Positions 1-11,983 of a stretch of DNA of 64,000 nt are shown here, piece by piece. The notes below the pieces were generated by a model. It was not told where the DNA came from and searched no databases. It worked only from the letters and a program-made list of their open reading frames with translations. The stretch's first letter is position 1, and the number at the start of each line of letters is the position of its first letter. A program made the position numbers and the translations under genes. The DNA is from Eledone cirrhosa (taxonomy: Eukaryota): NCBI GenBank assembly GCA_964016885.1, contig OZ024750.1:26412001-26476000 (forward strand), given 5' to 3'.

Positions 1-175
1 ACAGGACAAAAAAGACATAGGTAACGACAGCGAAAAAGACAGTAAAAAAGAAAGTGGAAAAGACAGCGGAAAAGACAATTGAAAAGAAAAAGGAAAAGAG
101 AGCGAAAATAACAGAGGAGAACATTCTGGACAGAAGGGAAATTAGACCACCTAAAAGATATTTCTAAAGATACAG
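1..175 (+). pseudogene. Possible degenerate exon (K/D/S/G/E low-complexity, ~12-bp internal repeats)
   Basis: Ends in a strong CAG|GTGAGT donor; purine-rich AAAGACAGCGGA-like repeats; stops in all three frames. Confidence 0.25.
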
Positions 176-282
176 GTGAGTTGATTGTTTTATTAACTGT
201 TGAATGTCTATACTTAGTTTAATAAAACTGTAATATTCTCGAAAACCAAAGAAATTTTATATATACATATATATAAAAAAGA

Positions 283-340
283 GTCAGGACCCCGACGGCT
301 GAGCTCCGGACGTTTCGACAGCTAAATCTGAACTAAGCCA
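283..340 (-). mobile_element. Fragment of HHR-bearing repeat (3' half of hammerhead), homologous to 43715-43770
   Basis: Reverse complement reads GTCGAAACGTCCGGAGCTCAGCCGTCGGGGTCC, matching the 43.7-kb copy; near a TA tract. Confidence 0.6.
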
Positions 341-702
341 CCAGTATTACAACGTGTCGGTGTGTGTGTGTCTGCGTGTCTGCGTGTCTGTGTGCGTGCG
401 TGTATGTTTATTTATATATTTTTATACAAACTAACACACTTTAAAATATTAATAAGAAAATATATGATCACGTGACAACCTGGTTGAGCCTGTTTTGTTT
501 GGGAAGCCTGAATTTCATGATGGGTGCATTTCGATATATTGGGTCCTACATCTATCACCCACACACTGTTGACATAAAATATCCATCTGCACAGTGTTAT
601 AGCACAGCTATATTTATGTGTATCTATATCTCTTCAAATAATAAACGCAACATATATATCTCGGTTTATCTATTTAGCTGCAGTTCTTCTATCCATTTTC
701 TA

Positions 703-1240
703 ACTATCTATCTTTCCTTGAAAGGTCGAGTGGAGGTGGCGAATACTTACATAGCGAATTTCTGTTTTCCTCTGTATAGTGGCTATGGTAAAAAAGTTAT
801 ATGGTGGACAAGATGGAGAGGGCTGAGGACAGATGCCTTTCACTCCGGACAACTCATTCCCTTCTTTAGATACCACTTTAGAAGTAAAATCAGAGTGGAG
901 AGAGAGGGACTGCACCCCAGTAAATTAAACTGGAATGTGGGTGAATGGAGCAAAAGTGGCCCGAGAGATTGGGCCTTCTCTGTATATAAACCTGTAGGTT
1001 GAAGAAGAGAGCAAAAGAAAGAATGGAGCACTTGCACAGCACGCTCCTGGAGTTGAGGGTTGTTCAATCTACGGGGTATAAAACAAACCATTTGTAGCGC
1101 CTCCCCCCTGTTGGGGATTTTAATTGTTGAATTTGTGAATTTGTTTGTTAAATTTTTTTTTACACTTTTGTATGTAAAATCCCCGGCATATATCCTTGTA
1201 TTGTCCTCTTTTCTTGTGCGCTCTTCTGGCAAATAAAGAA

Positions 1241-1286
<46 letters not shown>
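703..1286 (+). mobile_element. Internally deleted 3' end of Tx1/L1-clade LINE with (ATCT)n tail
   Basis: ORF 472..1002 contains LSLKGRVEVANTYIA and WWTRW..FFRYHF..KIRVERE, resembling L1/Tx1 ORF2 C-terminal segments; 3' UTR with AATAAA then (ATCT)n; 3' UTR repeated at 20.99-21.64 kb. Confidence 0.7.
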
Positions 1287-1994
1287 AAGTCTGTCCTGTT
1301 AGTCCGTACATCCTTCCGTCCATTCGTCCATCGATCCATCCCGGCTTTTTAGTGTATTGTTTATTGTCAATTACGTGCGTTGATGCTGTTCAATTAAATT
1401 TACATAAATTCAAAAAAATTGCAAGGCACATAATGGACCGATTAATCTTATGTCCACTAATAAATGCAGAAATATCTTACATCTTTACTGTATTTTAAAA
1501 AGTAGGAAATATTGGTCGATAGACTACAATAGGCACGCCTAGCTAAAACAACATTATTTTATAATCTTCTCTACGTACGCTCACTTCTCAATTTCATTTC
1601 CTTCTCTACATTTCTTTTGACTCTCATTTTTCCTCTTTCTTTTTTTCTGACCCATCTCTCCTATCTTAACATCACGCCCTCTCTTAGTTTTTGAGTGACT
1701 ACTTCGTTGGTTGTCATGCAAACCTGTAACTAACTGCTTAGAATAAGCATGGCATCTTCAGCTACATCTGTATATATCTGTTACTAAATCACATAAGAGA
1801 GACGAAATGTAGCTCGAGATTAGTGAGATAAAATCTCTTGTGGTGGTACCATTTGAAATAGTATAACTGTTTATACATTTTTGTGGGTTGCTCAGATGTC
1901 TAGCCACCCTATATAAGACCCGAATGTTATTGAACATGATTAAACAAAGGTTTCAGTGTGAGAATAACATGATAGCTTGCCGTGTTCCTTTCAG

Positions 1995-2200
1995 GATCAT
2001 CTTCTCCTTCCACTGACTTCATAGTTCCACTGACTTTCAAGGAGCGCAAAGATAAAATATCTCCCATTGGAAACTTTTAGCTAGACAAAGCAGAACTATA
2101 CAATGTACGTGAAATATTGGAAGACTATATTTTCTCTTAGGGCTTACCTTTGACTCATGTTTTCTTTTAATCATTACAGGCTTTCGATAGAAGAATATAG
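1995..2200 (+). pseudogene. Possible degenerate exons (1995-2104 and from 2180)
   Basis: TTTCAG acceptor, GTACGT donor, TTACAG acceptor; first exon has one in-frame TAG; product not recognised. Confidence 0.2.
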
Positions 2201-2767
2201 ACGACTACAGTTTTCGGCTGGATGAGCTACAGATATCAAAGGAAGAGTTACTTGCAAATCTAATGTGTCGCATTTCTCTTTCTATGTTTATAATATTAAT
2301 AATGGAAACTATCAATATTTCAAATCCATTAAACAATAAAAAAAAAGTTGATGATCAGATTCTCACGTCTGAATTTCTTGTTTGATGTTCAAGTTGAACA
2401 TCTGTAAATCATTGTTAAAAACATGAGCCGGGATATAAAACTAGGTGGGCATTGTTCTGGACAGGAGACATTATGGGGAAAGAACAATATTAAGAAGAAC
2501 AAATATGAGAGTTGGCTAGGATACGAGGAATACGCATGAGGTGAAAAAGTTATGCAAATATCTAGAGCAGAACAACAGATCATTATACTAGTGATGTAAA
2601 TAGAAAGAAGAATAACAGACGGCAAGTCGATGAATGTCCTTTCTGATTTGTTTAATAATGATTGTGTGTAGCAGTAGCATTGTTGTGGAGATTTGAGCTG
2701 TAGTATAATGTGGGTTTAAGTTGAACCTAGTAGAGTGTTAGAAATTGAGTGGGATTGATGTATTTTC

Positions 2768-2867
2768 TGGCTCTATATATGGAATTTAATGTGCGTGAAA
2801 CAATTTGAGTTGCAGAGTGGCTCTATATATGGAATTTAATGTGTGTGAAACAATTTGAGTTGCAGAG
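2768..2867. repeat. 50-bp direct tandem duplication (2 copies)
   Basis: TGGCTCTATATATGGAATTTAATGTG(C/T)GTGAAACAATTTGAGTTGCAGAG twice. Confidence 0.9.
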
Positions 2868-2897
2868 TGACTCATTAGAGGCAATAACAATGTAGAG

Positions 2898-3325
2898 CAA
2901 AGGTTCTCAACGGGGGGCATATGCCCCCGAGGCGTTCGGAGCTCCAGAGGAGGGGGTTGGAGCAAGGGGGTCGTAGGGGGAGGTGTTTGAAGATTTGGGG
3001 GCGCTAGGCTATTTACTTAGGTAAATTTTATAAGCCATATTTTTACGTCTCTGAGACAGCCAGTCAGAATGCATTTGAATAAAGAAAACTAAGAAAATAA
3101 ATAAAAGAAGCTTGTCAACCAATTCCCTAGGGAAATAAATGAAAACGAAAGAAATCAAAGAAAATGAAAATAAGGACAACGTCAACTTTTGCAACAGTTA
3201 AAAGAACAACAGAATCGACAAGAAAAAGAAGCAATGGTGATGAAAGGTGTTGGTGTATACATATACATACATAGAATCATACAAACACATGCATACATAT
3301 ATACATACATACATACATACATACA
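2898..3325 (+). mobile_element. hAT/Charlie-like DNA transposon end (non-autonomous fragment)
   Basis: Begins CAAAGGTTCTCAAC (Charlie-type TIR), preceded by ATGTAGAG (NTNTAGAN-like target); homologous in reverse orientation to 62470-62898 and 22703-22796. Confidence 0.7.
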
Positions 3326-3533
3326 GTCAACGCGATCAGTCGCATATTTTGGCGTGGGAGACTATTAATTAAATTTAAGATGAATACTATCTCCGACAGT
3401 AATGCCACAACTACAGTCATGTTGAATAACTGGTTATTCTTCTAACTATATCTTCTGAAAACACCTTTTATTCGAATTCGTAGAGATATCCGACTAATTA
3501 CATAATTCATTTTACAAGGATTTGCTACAAACA

Positions 3534-6500
3534 TTATGGGGGGGGGTCCGTTTTTTATTTGGGTGCCCCGTTTTTTAATGGAGGGGGGGATCCGTTTTTT
3601 ATTTGGGTGCCCCGTTTTATTATGGGGGGGTCCGTTTTTTATTTGGGTGCCCCGTTTTTTATTTGGGTGCCCCGTTTTTTTATAGGGGGGGTCCGTTTTT
3701 TATTTGGGTGCCCCGTTTTTTTACGGTGGGGGTCCGTTTTTTATTTGGGTGCCCCGATTTCTATTTGGGTGCACGTTTATTTATGGGGGGGTCCGTTTTT
3801 TATTTGGGTGCCCCAATTTTTATGGGGGGTCCGTTTTTTATTTGGGTGCCCCGTTTTTTATTTGGATGCCCCGTTTTTTATGGGCGGGGCCGTTTTTTAT
3901 TTGGGTGCCCCGTTTTTTATTTGGGTGCCCTGTTTTTTTATGGGGGGGGGTCCGTTTTTTTATTTGGGTGCCCCGTTTTTTTATGGGGGGGGTCCGTTTT
4001 TTATTTGGGTGCCCCGTTTTATATTTGGGTGCCCCGTTTTTTTATGGGGGGGTACGTTTTTTATTTGGGTGCCCCGTTTTTTTATGAGGGTGGTCCGTTT
4101 TTTATTTGGGTGCCCCGTTTTTTTATGGGGGGGTTCTTTTTAAAAATAACGGGGCACCCAAATAAAAAACGGACCCCCCCATAAAACATTTTTTATGGGG
4201 GGGGCCGTTTTTTATTTGGGTGCCCCGTTTTTTTTATGGGGGGGTCCGTTTTTTATTTGGGCGCCCCGTTTTTTATTTGGGTGCCCCGTTTTTTTATGGG
4301 GGGTCCGTTTTTTATTTGGGTGCCCCGTTTTTTATTTTGGTGCCCCGTTTTTTATTTGGGTGCCGCGTTTTTTATGGGGGTCCGTTTTTTATTTGGGTGC
4401 CCCGTTTTTTTATGGGGGGTCCGTTTTTTTATTTGGGTGCCCCGTTTTTTTATGGGGGGGGGGTCCGTTTTTTATTTGGGTGCCCCGTTTTTTTATGGGG
4501 GGGGGGGCCGTTTTTTATTTGGGTGCCCCGTTTTTTTTAAAAAGAAACCCCCATAAAAAAACGGGGCACCCAAATAAAAAACGGACCCCCCCATAAAAAA
4601 ACGGGGCACCCAAATAAAAAACGGACCCCCCCATAAAAAAACTGGGCACCCAAATAAAAAACGGACCCCCCATAAAGTAACGGGGCACCCAAATAAAAGA
4701 CGGACCCACCCCCATAAAAAAACGGGACACCCAAATAAAAAACGGACCCCACCCATTAAAAACGGCGCACCCAAATAAAAAACGGACCCCCATAAAAAAC
4801 GGGTCACCCAAATAAAAAACGGGGCACACAAATAGAAAACGGATCCCCCCATAAAAAAATGTTTGTGGGGGGGTCCGTTTTTTATTTGGGTGCCCCGTTT
4901 TTTATGGGGGGGTCCGTTTTTTATTTGGGCTCACCGTTTTTTTATGGGGGCGTCCGGTTTTTATTTGGGTGCCCCGTTTTTTATTTGGGTGCCCCGTTTT
5001 TTTATGGGGGGGTCCGTTTTTTATTTGGGTGCCCCGTTTCTTATTTGGGTGCCCCGTTTTTTATGGGGGGGGGCGTTTTTTATTTGGGTGCCCCGTTTTT
5101 TATTTAGGTGACGCGTTATTTTATGGGGGGTCCGTTTTTTATTTGGGTGTCCCGTTTATTTATGGGGGTGCCCCGTTTTTTATGGGGGGTCCGTTTTTTA
5201 TTTGGGTGCCCCGTTTTTTTATGGGGGGATCCGTTTTTTATTTGGGTGCCCCGTTTTACATTTGGGTGCCCCGTTTTTTATGGGGGGTCCGTTTTTTTAT
5301 GTGGGTGCCCCATTTTTTATTTGGGTGCCCCGTTTTTTTATGGGGGGGGGGTCCGTTTTTTATTTGGGTGCCCCGTTTTTTGTTTGGGTGCCCCATTTTT
5401 TTAGAAAAACGGGGCACCCAAATAAAAAACTGACACCCCATAAAAAACGGGGCACCCAAATAAAAAACGGACCCCCCCATAAAAAAACGGGGCACCCAAA
5501 TAAAAAACGGACCCCTCTATAAAAAAAACGGGGCACCCAAATAAAAAACGGACCTCCCCCATAAAAAACGGGGCACCCAAATAAAAAACGGACCCCACCC
5601 ATAAAAAACGGGGCACCCAAATAAAAAACGGGGCACCCAAATAGAAAACGGACCCCCCATAAAAAAACGGGGCGCCCAAATAAAAAACGGACCCCCCCCA
5701 TTAAAAAAATTTTTGTGGAGGGAACCGTTTTTTATTTGGGTGCCACGTTTTTTTATGGGGGGGTCGGTCCGTTTTTTATTTGGGCGTCCCGTTTTTTATT
5801 GGGGTGACCCGTTTTTAATTTGGGTGCCCCGTTTTTTTATGTGGGGGGGGGGGGCGTTTTTTATTTGGGTGCCCCGTTTTTTATTTGTGTGCCCCGTTTT
5901 TTTATGGGGGGTCCGTTTTTTATTTGGGTACCCCGTTTTTTTTATGGGGGTCTCCATTTTTTATTTGGGTTCCCCGTTTTTTTATGGGGGGTCCGTTTTT
6001 TATTTGGGTGTCCCGTTTATTTATGGGGGGGTCCGTTTTTTATTTGGGTGCCCCGTTTTTTATTTGGTTGCCCCGTTTTTTATTTGGGTGCCCCGTTTTT
6101 TTATGGGGGGTCCGTTTTTCATTTGGGAGCCCCGTTTTTTATGAGGGGGGTGTCCGTTTTTTATTTGGGTGCCCCGTTTTATATTTGGGTGCCCCGTTTT
6201 TTTATGGGGGCGTTGGTCCGTTTATTATGTGGGTGCCCCATTTTTTATTTGGGTGCCCCGTTTTTTTATGGGGGGGTCCGTTTTTTATTTGGGTGCCCCG
6301 TTTTTTATTTGGGTGCCCCGTTTTTTATTTGGCTGCCCCGTTTTTTTATGGGGGGTGGGTCCGTTTTTTATTTGGGTGTCCCTTTTTTTAGAAAAACGGG
6401 GCACCCAAATAAAAACCGCCCCCCCATAAAAAACGGGGCACCCAAATAAAAAACAGGCCCCCCCATAAAAAACGGGGCACCCAAACAAAAAAACGGACCC

Positions 6501-9500
6501 CCTATAAAAAAAACGGGGCACCCAAATAAAAAACGGACTTCCCCTATAAAAAAAACGGGGCACCCAAATAAAAAACGGACCTCCCCCATAAAAAGCTGGT
6601 CTCCTAAATGAAAAACGGAACCCCCCATAAAAAAGGGGCACCCAAATAAAAAACGGGGCACCCAAATAAAAAACGGACCCCCCATAAATAAACGGGACAC
6701 CCAAATGAAAAACGGAACCCCCCATAAAACACGGGCACCCAAATAAAAGACGGACACCCCCATAAAAAAAACGGGGCACCCATATAAAAAACTGACGCCC
6801 CCCATAAAAAAACGGGGCAACGAAACAAAAACGGACCCCCCTATAAAAAAAACGGGGCACCCAAATAAAAAACTAACCTCCCCCATAAAAAACGGGGCAA
6901 CCAAATACAAAACGGACCCCCCCCATAAAAAAACGCTGCACCCAAATAAAAAAAGGGGCATCCAAATAAAAAAACGGGCCCCCCCATAAAAAACGGGGCA
7001 CCCAAACAAAAAAACGGACCCCCTATAAAAAAAAACGGGGCACCCAAATAAAAAACGGACTTCCCCTATAAAAAAAAACGGGGCACCCAAATAAAAAACG
7101 GACCTCCCCCATAAAAAGCTGGGCTCCTAAATGAAAAACGGAACCCCCCATAGAAAAGGGGCACCCAAATAAAAAACGGGGCACCCAAATAAAAAACGGA
7201 CCCCCCATAAATAAACGGGACACCCAAATGAAAAACGGAACCCCCCATAAAACACGGGCACCCAAATAAAAAACGGACACCCCCATAAAAAAAACGGGGC
7301 ACCCATATAAAAAACTGACGCCCCCCATAAAAAAACGGGGCAACGAAACAAAAAACGAACCCCCCCACATAAAGAAACGGGGCACCCAAATAAAAAACGG
7401 AACCCCCCATAAAAAAAACGGGACACCCAAATAAAAAACGGACCTCCCCCATTAAAAATGGGGCACCCACATAAAAAACGGACCCGCCCCATAAAAAAAT
7501 GGGGCACCCAAATATAAAACGGGGCACCCAAATAAAAAACGGACCCCACCTATAAAAAACGGCACACCCAAATAAAAAACGGACCCCCATAAAAGAACGG
7601 TGAACCCAAATAAAAAACGGACCCCCCAACAAAAATTTTTTTATGAGGGGGTACGGTTTTTATTTGGGTGCCCCGGTTTTTTATGTGGGGGCCGATTTTT
7701 ATTTGGGTGCTCCGTTATTTTATGGGGGTGGGCCGTTTTTTATTTGGGTGCCCCATTTTTTTATGGGGGGGTCCGTTTTTTTATTTGGGTGCCCCGTTTT
7801 TTTATGGGGGAGGGTCCGTTTTTTATTTGGGTGCCCCGTTATTTATTTGGGTGCCCCGTTTTTTTATGGGGGGGTCCGTTTTTTATTTGGGTGCCCCGTT
7901 TTTTTTAAAAAGAAACCCCCATAAAAAAACGGGGCACCCAAATAAAAAACGGACCCCCCCCATAAAAAAACGGGGCACCCAAATAAAAAACGGACCCCAC
8001 CCATTAAAACGGCGCACCCAAATAAAAAACGGACCCCCATAAAAGACGGGGCACCCAAATAAAAAACGGGGCATCCAAATAGAAAACGGATCCCCCCATA
8101 AAAAAATGTTTGTGGGGGGTCCGTTTTTTATTTGGGTGACCCGTTTTTTATGGGGGGGTCCGTTTCTTATTTGGGCTCACCGTTTTTTTATGGGGGGTAC
8201 GTTTTTTATTTGGGTGCCCCGTTTTTTATTTGGGTGCCCCGTTTTTTATGGGGGGGGGTCCGTTTTTTATTTGGGTGCCCCGTTTCTTATTTGGGTGCCC
8301 CGTTTTTTATGGGGGGGGGGGGCGTTTTTTATTTGGGTGCCCCGTTTTTTATTTAGGTGACGCGTTATTTTATGGCGGGTCCGTTTTTTATTTGGGTGTC
8401 CCGCTTATTTATGGGGGTGCCCCGTTTTTTATGGGGGGGTCCGTTTTTTATTTGGGTGCCCCGTTTTTTTATGGGGGGGTCCGTTTTTTATTTGGGTGCC
8501 CCGTTCTTTTTATGGGGGGGGGGCGTTTTTTATTTGGGTGCCCCGTTTCTTTATGGGGGGGTCCGTTATTTATTTGGGTGCCCCGTTTTTTTATGGGGGG
8601 CGTTAGTTTTTTATATGGGTGCCCCGTTTTTTTTATGGGGGTGTCCGTTTTTTATTTGGGTGCCCCGTTTTTTTATGGGGGGATCCGTTTTTTATTTGGG
8701 TGCCCCGTTTTACATTAGGGTGCCCCGTTTTTTATGGGGGTCCGTTTTTTTATGGGGGTTCCGTCTTTTATTTGGGTGCCCCGTTTTTTTATGGGGGGGT
8801 CCGCTTTTTATTTGGGTGCCCCGTTTTTTATTTGGGTGCCCCGTTTTTTTATGGGGGAGGGGGCTTCCGTTTTTTATCTGGGTACCCCGTTTTTTTAGGG
8901 GGGGGGGTCCGTTTTTTATTTGGGTGCCCCGTTTTATATTTGGGTGCCCCGTTTCTTTATGGGCGGTCCGTCTTTTATTTGGGTGCCCTTTTTTATTATG
9001 GGGGGGGGTCCGTTTTTTTATGGGGGGGTCCGTTTTTTATTTGGGTGCCCCGTTTTTTATTTGGGTGCCCCGTTTCTTTATGGGCGGTCCGTCTTTTATT
9101 TGGGTGCCCTTTTTTATTATGGGGGGGGTACGTTTTTCATTTGGGTGCCCCGTTTTCTATTTGGGTGCCCCGTTTTTTATGGTTGGGGTCCGTTTTTTAT
9201 TTGGGTGCCTCGATCTTTATTTGGGTGCACGTTTTTTTATGGGGGGGTCCGTTTTTTATTTCGGTGCCCCGTTTTTATATGGGGGGGGCCGTTTTTTATT
9301 TGGGTGCCCTGTTTTTTTATGGGCGGGGCCGTTTTTTATTCGGGTGCCCCGTTTTGCATTTGGGAGCCCCGTTTTTTTATGGGGGGGTCCGTTTTTTATT
9401 TGGGTGCCCGGTTTTTTTATGGGGGGTCCGTTTTTGATTTTGGTGCCCCGTTTTTTTATGGGGGGGGGCCGTTTTTTATTTGGGTGCCCCGTTTTTTTAT

Positions 9501-11983
9501 GGTTGGGGTCCGTTTTTTATTTGGGTGCCCCGATCTTTATTTGCGTGCACGTTTTTTTATGGGGGGATCCGTTTTTTATTTGGGTGCCCCGTTTTTATAT
9601 GGGGGGGGGGGGGGGGGTCCGTTTATTATTTGGGTGCCCCGATTTTTACCGGGGGGTCCGTTTTTTATTTGGGTGCCCCGTTTTTTTATGGGGGGGTCCG
9701 TTTTTTATTTGGGTGCCCCGTTTTTTATTTGGGTGCCCAGTTTTTTATGGGCCGGTCCGTTTCTTATTTGGGTGCCCCGTTTTATTATGGGGGGTGTCCG
9801 TTTTTTATTTGGGTGCCCCGTTTTTTTATGGGGGGTGTCCGTTTTTTATTTGGGTGCCCCGTTTTTTTATGGGAGGTCAGTATTTTATTTGGGTGCCCCG
9901 TTTTTTTATGGGGTGTCCGTTTTTTTATTTGGGTGCCCCGTTTCTTTATGGTTGGGGTCCGTCTTTTACTTGCGTGCCCCGATATTTATTTGGGTGCACG
10001 TTTTTTTATGGGGGTTCGTTTTTTTTTTGGTTGCCCCGTTTTTTATGGGTGGTGGGCGTTTTTTATTTGGGTGCCCCGTTTTTTTATGGTTGGGGTCCGT
10101 TTTTTATTTGGGTGCCCCGATCTTTATTTGGGTGCACGTTTTTTTATGGGGGTGTCCGTTTTTTATTTGGGTGCCCCGTTTTTTTATGGGCGGGTCCGTT
10201 TTTTATTTGGGTGCCCCGTTTTTTATTAGGGTGCCCAGTTTTTTATGGGCCGGTCCGTTTCTTATTTGGGTGCCCCGTTTTATTATGGCGGGGTCCGTTT
10301 TTTATTTGGGTGCCCCGTTTTTTTATGGGGGGTGTCCGTTTTTTATTTGGGTGCCCCGTTTTTTTATGGGAGGTCAGTATTTTATTTGGGTGCCCCGTTT
10401 TTTTATGGGGTGTCCGTTTTTTTATTTGGGTGCCCCGTTTCTTTATGGTTGGGGTCCGTCTTTTACTTGCGTGCCCCGATATTTATTTGGGTGTACGTTT
10501 TTTTATGGGGGTCCGTTTTTTATTTGGTTGCCCCGTTTTTTATGGGTGGTGGGCGTTTTTTATTTGGGTGCCCCGTTTTTTTATGGTTGGGGTCCGTTTT
10601 TTATTTGGGTGCCCCGATCTTTATTTGGGTGCACGTTTTTTTATGGGGGTGTCCGTTTTTTATTTGGGTGCCCCGTTTTTTTATGGGGGGGCGTTTTTTA
10701 TTTGGGTGCCCCGTTTTTTTATGGTTGGGGTCCGTTTTTTATTTGGGTGCCCCGATCTTTATTTGGGTGCACGTTTTTTTATGGGGGGTGGTCCGTTTTT
10801 TATTTGGGTGCCCCGTTTTTTCATGGGGGGGCCGTTTCCTATTTGGGTGCCCCGTTTTCTATTTGGGTGCCCCGTTTTTTATTTGGGTGCCCCGTTTTTT
10901 TATGGGGCGGGGTCCGTTTTTTATTTGGGTGCCCCGTTTTTTTATGGGGGGTCCGTTTTTTATTTGGGTGATCCGTTTTTTATTTGGGTGCCCCGTTTTT
11001 TTATGGGGCGTCCGTTTTTTATTTGGGTGCCCTGTTTTTTATTTGGGTGCCCCGTTTTTTTTTATGGTTGGGGTCCGTTTTTTATTTGGGTGCCCCGATT
11101 TTTATTTGGGTGCACGTTTTTTTTATGGGGGGGTCCGTTTTTGATTTGGGTGCCCCGTTTTTTTATGGGGGGTCCGTTTTTTTATTTGGGTGCCCCGTTT
11201 TTTTATGGCGGGGTTCCGTTCTTTATTTGGGTGCCCCGTTTTTTTATGGGGGGGCCCGTTTTTTATTTGGGTGCCCCGTTTTTTTATGGGGGGGGGGGTC
11301 CGTTTTTTATTTGGGTGCCTCGTTTTTTTATGGGGGGGGGGGGTCCGTTTTTTATTTGGGTGCCACGTTTTTTATTTGGGTGCCCCGTTTTTTATTTGGG
11401 TGCCCCGTTTTTTTATAGGTGGTGTACGTTTTTTATTTGGGTGCTCCGTTTTTTTATGGGGGGGGTCCGTTTTTTATTTGGGTGCCCTGTTTTTTATTTG
11501 GGTGCCCCGTTTTTTTATGGGGGTTCCGTTTTTTATTTGGGTGCCCCGTTTTTTTATGGGGAGTGTCCGTTTTTTATTTGGGTGCCCCGTTTTTTATTTG
11601 GGTGCCCCGTTTTTTTATGTGGGGTCCGTTTTTTATTCGGGTGCCCCGTTTTTTATTTGGGTGCCCCGTTTTTTTATGGGGGGGGGGTCCGTTTTTTATT
11701 TGGGTGCCCCGATTTTTATGGGGGGGTCCATTTTCTATTTGGGTACCCCGTTTTTTCATGGGGAGGCCGTTTTTTATATTGGTGCCCCGTTTTTTTACGC
11801 GCGGGTCCGTTTTTTATTTGGGTTCCCCGTTTTTTATTTGGGTGCCCCGTTTTTTATTTGGGTGCCCCGTTTTTTATGGGTGGGTCCGTTTTTCATTTAG
11901 GTGCCCCGTTTTTTATTTAGGTGCCCCGTTTTTTATTTGGGTGCCGCGTTTTTTTATGGGGGGGGGGGGGTCCGTTTTTTATT
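3534..11983. repeat. Satellite array, ~39-bp unit (G6TCCGT6ATTTGGGTGCCCCGT7AT) built from two ~20-bp subunits, with alternating orientation blocks
   Basis: Directly visible; inverted blocks at ~4141-4186, 4539-4859, 5403-5709, 6390-7634 and 7906-8106. Confidence 0.97.

Noticed and set aside
8357-11920. 1187-aa and many other F/G/P-rich ORFs in 3.5-12 kb
   Set aside because: Artefact of an A-poor satellite strand lacking stop codons; all three frames are open with the same peptides
3534-11983. CRISPR-like array
   Set aside because: No unique spacers, no cas genes, eukaryotic context
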